From: an uncultured Acidobacteriota bacterium
GTDB lineage: Bacteria > Acidobacteriota > Terriglobia > Acidiferrales > UBA7541
Assembly (NCBI GenBank): GCA_963754275.1
Contig: CAVWFO010000003.1
Span: forward strand, 49,372-81,371
Direction: 5' to 3'
DNA: 32,000 bases
The notes beneath the pieces are model-generated. The model searched no databases. It had not been told where the DNA came from and worked only from the letters and a program-made list of their open reading frames with translations. Below are positions 18,461 to 26,921 of this stretch, piece after piece. The first letter of the stretch is position 1, and each line of letters starts with the position of its first letter. The translations under genes and the position numbers were made by a program.

Positions 18461-18696
18461 ATTAGCGTTAGCGTGAAGTTTGTGGAATTTGGTCACCAGG
18501 GTGGGCCGATTTTCCACTGGGCTCCTTCGCGGAGCGGGTATGCATTTCGATAAAAAGTGGTCGGTCGGCCATTTATAGTTTCATAAAACCAAGCCTCAAA
18601 GGAACTCAGCGGGGGCAGTGGCTGGGTTTCAGGCCTGAGGAGCACCGGGGTTCGTAGATCCGGGGCGAAAGTGGTCATAAGGGTACTGAGGGATTG

Positions 18697-20727
18697 ATGA
18701 CACCGAAAGCAAGGCTGCAGGTTGATGCCCCGAACGAAAGCAGTTCGCAGGGCACCGCCACAGTACGCAGCCGAAACATCGAATTTCATGTAGAGCAAGC
18801 GGTGGCTCGTGCCACGAATTGGCTGCTTTCCGCACAGACCCAGGACGGCTACTGGTGGGCTGAACTGGAAGCGGACACCACGCTGGAATCTGATTACGTC
18901 CTTTACTTGCACATCCTTGGCCAGTTGGAATCCGAGAAAACCGCGAAGCTTGCCAATTATATTCGCCGCAAACAGCTACCTGATGGTGGCTGGAACATTT
19001 TTGAAGGCGGCCCTTCGGAGCTGAATGCCACGGTGAAGGCGTACGTGGCGCTGCGTTTGGCGGGGGATTCGGCGACCGCACCGGCGTTGCTGCGAGCGAA
19101 AGAGCGCGTACTGGAACTGGGTGGCTTGGAAGCGACGAATTCTTACGTGCGGTTCTACCTGGCAATGGTTGGCGGCGTGGATTGGAGCATCGTTCCTTCG
19201 ATTCCGCCGGAACTGATGCTCTTGCCGGATTGGTTTCCGATCAATATTCACGAGATGTCTTCCTGGACGCGCGGGATTGTAATTCCGCTGGCGATCGTTT
19301 CCGCATACAAGCCGGATTGGCGGTTGCCTGACGGGGTCACCGTGAGTGAGTTGTTCAAGACTCCGCACGGCAAGCCACAATCCTTCAGGTGGGATCGGCG
19401 CGTGATTTCCTGGCGCAATATATTTTTGGCGCTGGACCGCGGATTGAAATTGCATGAGCGGCTGGGCTGGAAACCTTTTCGCAAGGTTGCGCTGGAAAAG
19501 GCGCGTCGCTGGATGGTGGAGCGACTGGAACGCAGCGAGGGATTGGGGACGATTTACCCGGCAATGATGAATTCCATTTTCGCGCTGCTGGCCGAAGGCG
19601 CTGATGCGCAGGATCCGCTTGTCGCACGCGAGATTAATTTTCTGGCGCGGTACGAGATCGCGGAAGCCGACACGTTGCGCGTGCAGCCTTGCATTTCGCC
19701 GGTGTGGGATACGGCGATCGCCATGGTGTCACTCGAAGAGGCTGGGTTGGATCCTGCTCATCCGTCTTTGATCGCAGCGGAGCGCTGGGTTGTGGCGAAT
19801 CAGATTCTCGGGCCCGGAGACTGGCAGGTCAAGAATCCGGATGCGGCGCCGGGCGGTTGGGCGTTTGAATTCAAGAATGAATATTATCCGGACGTGGACG
19901 ATACGGCGTTTGTGCTGATGGCGCTAGGGCGAGTCGCCGATCCCGATTCCGAACGTCTGCGCCGCTCAATGAAGCGCGGTCTTTCTTGGCTCGTGAGTAT
20001 GCAGAACGAAGATGGCGGCTGGGGCGCGTTCGATCACGAGAACAATCTGCAATTTTTGAATCACATCCCGTTTGCGGATCACAACGCGATGCTGGATCCT
20101 TCGACCGCGGATGTGACGGCGCGCGCGGTGGAGTGCCTAGGGCAGATGGGATGGTCCGCGAATGATCCGATTATTCAGCGGGCGCGGGCTTTCATCCGGC
20201 ACGATCAGACACCGGAGGGGCCGTGGTTCGGTCGCTGGGGCGTGAATTACATTTATGGCAGCAGCAGCGTGCTGCGTGCGCTAGAGACAGTGGGATTGTC
20301 GAAGGGCGCGGATTGCCAGGCTGCGGCGAATTGGCTGCGCTCGGTGCAGAATCCCGATGGCGGATTCGGCGAGTCTATTCTTTCCTACTACGATCCCTCA
20401 CTGAAAGGCAAAGGGAAGAGCACGGCTTCGCAGACGGCTTGGGCGATCATCGGATTGCTGGCGGTGTGCGGGCCACATGATTCGAGCGTGGAGCGCGCCG
20501 TTACGTGGCTGGTGACGCACCAGAACGAAAACGGAACGTGGGACGAAGACGAATTTACGGGGACGGGATTTCCGTGCGTCTTTTATTTGAAGTATCACAT
20601 CTACCGCAACGCCTTTCCGCTTTACGCTTTGGCGCGCTACGACAATATGCGCCAGGGTCGGCGCAAATTCCTGGGCGTGCAGATTCCCGCCGAGGAACTG
20701 GCAAGCCGCAACGGACTGCGGACTTAG
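18697..20727 (+). CDS. shc: Squalene-hopene cyclase
   Basis: Intact ORF (677 aa from TTG 18694; ATG 18697 follows GAGGGA). Catalytic DVDDTA motif (YYPDVDDTAFVLMAL). Repeated QW-type motifs (QNEDGGWG, QTPEGPWFGRWG, QNPDGGFG, QNENGTW). Confidence 0.95.
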   Translation: MTPKARLQVDAPNESSSQGTATVRSRNIEFHVEQAVARATNWLLSAQTQDGYWWAELEADTTLESDYVLYLHILGQLESEKTAKLANYIRRKQLPDGGWNIFEGGPSELNATVKAYVALRLAGDSATAPALLRAKERVLELGGLEATNSYVRFYLAMVGGVDWSIVPSIPPELMLLPDWFPINIHEMSSWTRGIVIPLAIVSAYKPDWRLPDGVTVSELFKTPHGKPQSFRWDRRVISWRNIFLALDRGLKLHERLGWKPFRKVALEKARRWMVERLERSEGLGTIYPAMMNSIFALLAEGADAQDPLVAREINFLARYEIAEADTLRVQPCISPVWDTAIAMVSLEEAGLDPAHPSLIAAERWVVANQILGPGDWQVKNPDAAPGGWAFEFKNEYYPDVDDTAFVLMALGRVADPDSERLRRSMKRGLSWLVSMQNEDGGWGAFDHENNLQFLNHIPFADHNAMLDPSTADVTARAVECLGQMGWSANDPIIQRARAFIRHDQTPEGPWFGRWGVNYIYGSSSVLRALETVGLSKGADCQAAANWLRSVQNPDGGFGESILSYYDPSLKGKGKSTASQTAWAIIGLLAVCGPHDSSVERAVTWLVTHQNENGTWDEDEFTGTGFPCVFYLKYHIYRNAFPLYALARYDNMRQGRRKFLGVQIPAEELASRNGLRT

Positions 20728-20885
20728 GCGATGCGCGCCTCGCTCGTCGTAAATCGCTGCTGCGGCTTCCGCGGCGCGATACTCTTCAATGCATTTCCAA
20801 ACGCGGCTATGTTGGTTGCACGTAGCTGCACCCGCGGAATCTGCCGAGAGAAATCAGCTCGGCACGATCGGATTTGCACATCCTT

Positions 20886-21931
20886 ATGACAACTCTGGTG
20901 ACCGGCGCCACGGGATTCGTGGGAAGCCACGTTGCGCGGCAACTTGTCGCTGCTGGGGATGCGGTGCGTGTGCTGGTGCGGCGCAGCAGCAATCTGGCAG
21001 TGCTGGAGAATCTGCCGGTCGAGCCTGTCGAAGGCGATCTGCGGGACGGGGCATCGCTGGAGCGCGCGATGCAGGGCGTGCGGCGGGTGTATCACGTGGC
21101 TGCGGATTACCGGCTGTGGACCCCGAAGCCGGCGGAAATCTACGAAAGTAATGTGGAGGGCACGCGGCGATTGCTGGAAGCGGCGCAACGCGCGGGCGTG
21201 GAGCGCATCGTATATACCAGCACTGTTGCGACGATTGCCGTGCCGCGGCACGGTGCGTTGCCGAATGAAGACGACGCAGGCGACGCTCGAACGAGATGAT
21301 CGGGCACTATAAGCGATCGAAATTTTTGGCGGAGCAGGTTGCGATTGACGCGGCTCGCGGGGGAGTGCCGGTGGTGATTGTGAACCCCACGGCGCCGGTG
21401 GGGCCTGGGGATTGGAAGCCGACTCCGACCGGGCGGATTATATTGGATTTCCTGCAGGGGAAGATGCCGGCTTATGTGGATACAGGATTAAATGTGGCGG
21501 CGGTGGAGGATGTTGCTGCAGGGCATTTGCTGGCGGCGGAGAAAGGGCCGGCTCCGGCGAGAGCTATATATTGGGCGCGCGCAATATGACTTTGAAGCAG
21601 ATTTTCGATGCGCTGGCGGCGATTACCGGGCGTCCGGCACCGCGCGTGCGGTTGCCGCATGCGATAGCGCTGGCGGCTGGGTATGCGGACGAATTTTATT
21701 CGCGTCTGACGGGGCGCGAGCCGCAGATTCCTGTGGAAGGCGTGAAGATGTCGCGGCATAAAATGTTTGTGGAGAGCGACAAGGCGGCGCGGGAGCTGGG
21801 CTTATAAGCCGGGGAAAGTGGAAGCGGCGCTGGAGCGCGCGGTGCGCTGGTACGACGAGCATGGTTACATTGCAAATCGTGCGGGAAGTAAGCGCGTGAC
21901 GCAGGCTGCGGCGGCTAGAGACTTGCAATGA
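20886..21931 (+). pseudogene. hpnA: Hopanoid-associated NAD-dependent sugar epimerase/dehydratase-like protein HpnA, with three frame disruptions (about 21285, 21547 and 21802)
   Basis: Recognisable sequence runs through four frame segments. Segment 1: MTTLVTGATGFVGSH...VYTSTVATI...NEDD. Segment 2: EMIGHYKRSKFLAEQ...VIVNPTAPVGPGD...AAGHLLAAEKG. Segment 3: AGSGESYILGARNMTLKQIF...ARELG. Segment 4: YKPGKVEAALERAVRWYDEHGY...*. The stop TGA 21929-21931 overlaps the next ATG. Confidence 0.8.
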
Positions 21932-22740
21932 AAATACTGGTCACTTTCGCTGCTCGAACTGGAATTCGCGCCGTGGCGCACGCTGCGCGAATTTCGCGCG
22001 AAAGCCGCAGTGGGAAGTGACGCTGAAGTGTATCGCACGCAAATCGGCGCGGCGGGAGTTGCTCGTCGTCGTTGACCGGCGTGGGACCAAAGCAGGCTCA
22101 CTTGCAGACTGCGAAAGTGCTTGGAGGCGATCAGGAGTCAGATTCATCTGTGCGTTTGTTGCGGATCTGGCGGGGGCGTTGAAACCGGAATACCTTATCG
22201 GTCAGGTTCTGGCGGCGCGTTCTGTGCGAACGGAAGAATAGCAGACTGATCCGAGCAGCAATCCTTTGCAGAGCAGTGCGGCGCTGCTTTCGTTCGCGGA
22301 GGAATGCGGCGCAACGGTGGTGGAGCAGTTTTTCAGCTCCGTCCGCGTGGTGGGCGGAGCGGAAGAGAAGCGGCGCCTGGGCGAGCGGTCGGACGCTGTG
22401 GAAATGGAGAGTTTTGAGGTTTTTCGCTCGAATCGACAGCAACGGAATTCCGGCGATCGCCATTCGAGCCGTGAGTGATCGGTGGATCAAGATTTGCCGC
22501 TCGATATGAGCACGAATTTTGACCGACGATGGGCAAGTCAGATTCGCCGGTGTTCTTAGGGCAAGTGGCACTCGCCATCCGAACAACGGTTCCGGCGCTG
22601 GTGCGGTTGGGGCGGAAAGCAAGCGGCGGCTGCGTCGCTGGCGCAAATTTTTGGAGCAAATTACATCACGATGGTATCGGGAAGATTTCAGATTTATGGA
22701 GCGGCGGACGGGAGCAGCGTGCGCCGTAAGCGGCGACGAT
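21928..22740 (+). pseudogene. hpnG: HpnG-like nucleoside phosphorylase/nucleosidase (PNP_UDP_1 family) relic, heavily decayed
   Basis: Family-like peptide islands lie in different frames. They are MKILVTFA, LELEFAPWRTLREF, LTGVGPKQAHLQTAKVLGG, ADLAGALKPEYLIGQVLAARSV (then TAG 22239-22241), AEEKRRLGERSDAVEMESFEVF, NGIPAIAIRAVSD, VDQDLPLDMSTNFD and LGQVALAIRTTVPALVRLGR. That makes at least seven frame changes. Confidence 0.6.
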
Positions 22741-22816
22741 GAGCATATTGGAAAGAATGAGCCAGACCATCGAACATATCGGATCGCACGAGGCACACGA
22801 GCCGAAGCGCGGGCAC

Positions 22817-23864
22817 ATGCGCGCGGGAGTGTATCGCGGCAAGGGGCGAGGTCGTCGTCGAATCGGTGCCGATTCCTGAAATTGGCGAAGGTGAGCTGCT
22901 GTTTCGCGTTGCGGCCTGCGGGATTTGTGGCACGGACATCAAGAAAATCCATCATGGATTCGTCCCGGCGCCGCAAATACTGGGGCACGAGCTGGCTGGG
23001 ACGGTGGTAAAGGTCGGCGCGGGCGTCACGAAATTCAAGGCCGGCGACCGGGTGGTGAGTTTTCATCACATCCCTTGCGGCAATTGTTTTTACTGCGAAC
23101 GGAAACTTTTTTCGCAGTGCGCGGGTTATAAGAAGACGGGGTTGACGGCGGGATTCGATCCCAACGGCGGCGGGTTTGCGGAGTACGTGCGCGCGATGCC
23201 GTGGATTGTGGAGCGAGGAATGATTGCGCTGCCCGCGGACGTGAGCTTCGAGGAAGCGACGTTCGTCGAGCCGGTGAATACGTGCCTGAAAGCCGTGCGC
23301 AAGGCGCGCATCGCGAAGGGCGAGCAGGTTATGGTGATGGGGCAGGGGCCCATTGGCATGCTGCTGATGATTCTGGCGAGATACGAGGGCGCGGAAGTCT
23401 ACGCGAGCGATCCCATGCAGGGACGGCGCGAAGCGAGCTTGCGTTTCGGCGCGAAAGAAGTTTTTGATCCGACCACCGGAAATCTGCAGCAGGAAATTCG
23501 CCGCCGCACGGGTGGACGTGGTGCAGATGCGGTGTTAGTGGCTGTGCCCAACCCGGCATTGGTCCCCGAAGCGCTGGCCCTCGCGCGGCCGGGCGGACGC
23601 GTGCTACTGTTTGCTCATAACGACCCGGTACTGCAGTTGGAATTTCCTGCAGCGGCTGTGGGGGTGGAAGAAAAAGAAATTCTGGGGAGCTACAGCGCAT
23701 CCGTGGACGATCAGGCGGAATCCGCAGCGTTGGTCTTTGAGAGGCGCTTGCCGGTGCGCGAATTAATTTCTCATCGCTTCCCGCTGGAGCAGATTGCTGA
23801 GGCACTGGAATTGGCTGCACATCCGACGGATAATACTTTGAAAGTAGTCATAAGGCACGAATGA
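22817..23864 (+). CDS. MDR-superfamily zinc-dependent alcohol/polyol dehydrogenase, with a frame disruption in a GGGG run near codon 10
   Basis: ORF 22866..23864 begins at an internal GTG. ATG 22817 gives MRAGVYRGKG. One extra G at 22843-22846 then separates it from EVVVESVPIPEIGEGELL. Catalytic Zn ligands are present (CGICGTD, GHELAG), as are the structural Zn site CGNCFYCERKLFSQC and the Rossmann motif VMGQGPIG. Confidence 0.8.
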
Positions 23865-24925
23865 GCGCTTATAGGCAGGGCAGTGGGCATATGAACGCCG
23901 CAGTTTTGTATGGCGCGGAAAATCTAAAGATCGAAACCGTAGATATTCCCAAGATCGGCGACGACGAGGTACTGGTGCGCGTGGCCGTGGCGTTGACTTG
24001 CGGAACCGATCTGAAGGTGTGGAAGCGTGGCTACCACGCGCGCATGATTCAGCCGCCGTCGCTTTTTGGGCACGAGCTTGCGGGCGTGATCGAAGAGACG
24101 GGCAAGAATGTGAATAGCGGCGTGCAGCCGGGCATGCGTGTGCTGCCCGCGAATTCGGCGCCGTGCGATACGTGCTTCTACTGTCGCAAGGGCCAGCCGA
24201 ATCTTTGCGAGGATTTGCTGTTCAACAATGGCGCTTATGCGGAGTACATCCGCATTCCGGGGCGCATCGTCCGGCAGAACATGATCGAGATTCCCGACGG
24301 CATCTCCTTTAAGGATGCGGCGATGGCCGAGCCGCTGGCCTGCGTACTGCGCGGGATTCGCGAAACGGGCGTGCATCCTGGCGATACGGTGGTGGTGATT
24401 GGGTGCGGGCCGATCGGATTGAAATTTATCCGCATCCTTTCGCAGCGCAAGGTGCGCGTGATCGCCATCGGCAAGCGCCGCAGCCAGATGAAAGCTGCGG
24501 AGCGCTTAGGCGCGATTGCGGCGTTTGACGTGGATAGAATCGAAAACCCGGTGGAGCTGGTGCGGCAATTGACGGAAGGCGGGCGCGGCGCGGATTCCGT
24601 GATTGAAGCCGTCGGCCGTGCGATTACCTGGGAATGGGCGCTGCAGATGGTGCGGAAGGGAGGGACAGTGAATTTATTCGGCGGCTGCCCGACCGGTACC
24701 GAAGTGAAGATTGACCCGGCGGCGCTGCATTATTCCGAGATCACTATCAAGTCCACTTTTCATCACACGCCGCAGTTCATGCGCGAGGCCATGGATACGA
24801 TTGCGCGCGGCGAAATTCGCTCCAGCGACTTCATCACCGGCGAAGTGACGTTGCAAGGATTGCCGAAAGTCTTTCAGGACATGAAGAACCGAAACGGCGA
24901 ATTGAAGACTGCTGTAATTCCCTGA
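23861..24925 (+). CDS. MDR-superfamily zinc-dependent alcohol/polyol dehydrogenase (second, intact paralogue)
   Basis: ATG 23861 overlaps the upstream TGA (ATGA); the alternative start is ATG 23891 (MNAAVLYG). Motifs: LTCGTDLK, GHELAGVI, CDTCFYCRKGQPNLC, VIGCGPIG. Confidence 0.8.
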   Translation: MSAYRQGSGHMNAAVLYGAENLKIETVDIPKIGDDEVLVRVAVALTCGTDLKVWKRGYHARMIQPPSLFGHELAGVIEETGKNVNSGVQPGMRVLPANSAPCDTCFYCRKGQPNLCEDLLFNNGAYAEYIRIPGRIVRQNMIEIPDGISFKDAAMAEPLACVLRGIRETGVHPGDTVVVIGCGPIGLKFIRILSQRKVRVIAIGKRRSQMKAAERLGAIAAFDVDRIENPVELVRQLTEGGRGADSVIEAVGRAITWEWALQMVRKGGTVNLFGGCPTGTEVKIDPAALHYSEITIKSTFHHTPQFMREAMDTIARGEIRSSDFITGEVTLQGLPKVFQDMKNRNGELKTAVIP

Positions 24926-24942
24926 CGTTTGCCCAAGTCAGG
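24921..24942 (+). other. Intercistronic inverted repeat CCTGAC-N10-GTCAGG between the second dehydrogenase and hpnCD
   Basis: Six-bp perfect arms at 24921-24926 and 24937-24942. The left arm contains the TGA stop, and there is no T tract. Confidence 0.3.
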
Positions 24943-24947
24943 GCACC

Positions 24948-26921
24948 ATGCTGCCCACACCGGAACTTGAAATCGCGCGCAATCTGCCGCAGGCGAATTG
25001 CGCTCCCTCTGAAGCCGAGCGCTACACGCGCTGGCTGGCGACGCACCACTACGAAAACTTCAACGTGGTTTCGTGGCTGCTGCCGCGGGATTTGCACCAG
25101 CATTTTTACAATGTTTACGCGTATTGCCGTTGGTCGGATGATTTGGGAGATGAAGTAGCGGATCCCGCACGGGCCCTGCAGCTGCTGGACGCGTGGGAAG
25201 ACGAGCTGCGGCTGATATATAAGGATGGCGCGGGGCCTTCGCATCCGGTGCTGATTGCTTTGCGCGAGACGATTCGCGCGAAAGACATTCCGCTGCAGCC
25301 GTTTCGCGATTTGCTGCGCGCGTTCCGGCAGGATCAGGCCGTAAAGCGCTACGCCACGTGGGACGATGTGTTCGATTACTGCGTGTACTCGGCGAACCCG
25401 GTGGGACGGCTGGTGCTTTATTTGTGCGGCTACCGGGACGAGGCGCGGCAGAAGCTCTCGGATTACACATGCACGGCGTTGCAGCTGGCGAATTTCTGGC
25501 AGGATGTTTCGCGGGATCTGGAGAAGGGCCGGATCTATATTCCGCTCGACGCGCTTTCGGCTCATGGCCTGACGGAAACGGATATCGTCGAGAAGCGATT
25601 CGACGCGCGCTATGCGGCGTTGATGAAGTCACTGATCGCGCGGACACGAGAGCTGTTTCGCGCGGGGCAGCCGCTGGCGCAGACTGTCGAGCGGTTTTTG
25701 CGCGTGGATTTGGAGATGTTCAGTGGTGGCGGACTGGCGATTCTGGATGCGATTGAGGCATCCGGGTACAACACGCTGGAGCAGCGGCCTTCGCTGAGCA
25801 AATGGACGCAAGCGAAACTTTTGGGGAAGACGCTGGTTCGTAGCGCGTTTTCGCGCGGCGGGAATTCGCAGCCCGCGGCGGTAGATCCGACTGACGCGCT
25901 GACATCGGCTTCGGCATTGAGTGACAATGCCCACGAGTCTGCCGTTCCGCGCGATCGCGGCGTTATCAAACTGCGGCCATACTCGGATGCGGTTCGCGAA
26001 TCATACGCGGAGTGCAATCGCGTTGCGCGTGCGGCGCGCAGCAGTTTTTATTTGGCGTTTTTTGGATTGCGCAAGGAGAAGCGCAACGCGTTGTGCGCGC
26101 TGTATGCTTTCATGCGGTTGATAGATGATGTGTCGGATGAGCCTGGCGATCTGGAATCGAAGCGGCAGGCTTTGGCGCGTTGGCGCGGGATGCTGGACCA
26201 GGCGATCGGCGGTGAGACGAGTGGTCACGCTGTGCTTCCGGCGCTGGCCGATACCATCGAGCGTTTCCAGATTCCCACGCGATATTTTCACGATTTAATC
26301 TTGGGCGCGGAAATGGATTTGACGGTCACGGCTTACGCGACGTTCGATCGGCTTTCTGAATATTGCTATCGCGTGGCTGGGACGGTGGGGCTGACGTGCC
26401 TGCATGTTTTCGGATTCAGCGATCCGAAGGCGCCGGATCTGGCGGAGCGGCTGGGCCTGGCGTTCCAACTGACGAATATCATTCGCGATGTAGGCAGCGA
26501 CTACGCGATGGGGCGAATTTATCTGCCGCAGGAAGATCTGGATCGCTTCGGCATCCGCGCGGAAGAATTGCGCGGTCCTGTCACGCCGAAGCTGCAGGAA
26601 CTACTCGCGTTTGAAGCGGAGCGCGCTTGGCAGATGTATCGGGAAGGCGCGCCGCTGGTGGGCCGCGTGAATGCGGACAGCCGGGCCACGCTGTGGGCGC
26701 TGGTTCGCACGTACAGCAGTTTGCTGGCGCGCATCGAAGAGCGGGAATACGACGTGTTTTCCGGGCGCGTTTCGCTCTCAAGCGCAGAAAAAATCCAATA
26801 TCTGCTGACGGCGGGCCTCGCGGCGCGACGGGCTGGCTGGTGGAAGGGTGATGTCCTCGCAAAGCGTTCTAGTAATCGGCGGCGGGCTGGCGGGGCTGTC
26901 GTCCGCCGTCGCGCTGGCTGA
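24948..26921 (+). CDS. hpnCD: Fused HpnC-HpnD: hydroxysqualene synthase-like plus presqualene diphosphate synthase-like, two squalene/phytoene synthase domains
   Basis: Single 657-aa ORF. Domain 1: HYENFNVVSWLLP...YAYCRWSDDLGDE...FWQDVSRDLEKGRIYIP. Domain 2: SFYLAFFGLRKEKRNALCALYAFMRLIDDVSDE...NIIRDVGSDYAMGRIYLP. A ~40-aa Ser/Ala/Pro-rich linker joins them. Confidence 0.8.
   Translation: MLPTPELEIARNLPQANCAPSEAERYTRWLATHHYENFNVVSWLLPRDLHQHFYNVYAYCRWSDDLGDEVADPARALQLLDAWEDELRLIYKDGAGPSHPVLIALRETIRAKDIPLQPFRDLLRAFRQDQAVKRYATWDDVFDYCVYSANPVGRLVLYLCGYRDEARQKLSDYTCTALQLANFWQDVSRDLEKGRIYIPLDALSAHGLTETDIVEKRFDARYAALMKSLIARTRELFRAGQPLAQTVERFLRVDLEMFSGGGLAILDAIEASGYNTLEQRPSLSKWTQAKLLGKTLVRSAFSRGGNSQPAAVDPTDALTSASALSDNAHESAVPRDRGVIKLRPYSDAVRESYAECNRVARAARSSFYLAFFGLRKEKRNALCALYAFMRLIDDVSDEPGDLESKRQALARWRGMLDQAIGGETSGHAVLPALADTIERFQIPTRYFHDLILGAEMDLTVTAYATFDRLSEYCYRVAGTVGLTCLHVFGFSDPKAPDLAERLGLAFQLTNIIRDVGSDYAMGRIYLPQEDLDRFGIRAEELRGPVTPKLQELLAFEAERAWQMYREGAPLVGRVNADSRATLWALVRTYSSLLARIEEREYDVFSGRVSLSSAEKIQYLLTAGLAARRAGWWKGDVLAKRSSNRRRAGGAVVRRRAG

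Noticed and set aside
18260-18553. 97-aa ORF in the lpxD-shc spacer
   Set aside because: It has no SD and no recognisable motifs. It would read straight through the terminator-like hairpin (18412-18429) and the TTGACC-17-CATAAT promoter. The region is better explained as regulatory or non-coding RNA.
22239-22241. In-frame TAG in the hpnG-like relic as proof of a nonsense mutation, or as stop-codon recoding
   Set aside because: Frame changes are so dense here that the TAG could be bypassed by a pair of nearby compensating shifts (the alternative reading NSRLIR exists). It is therefore supporting evidence for decay, not decisive evidence. Nothing suggests recoding.
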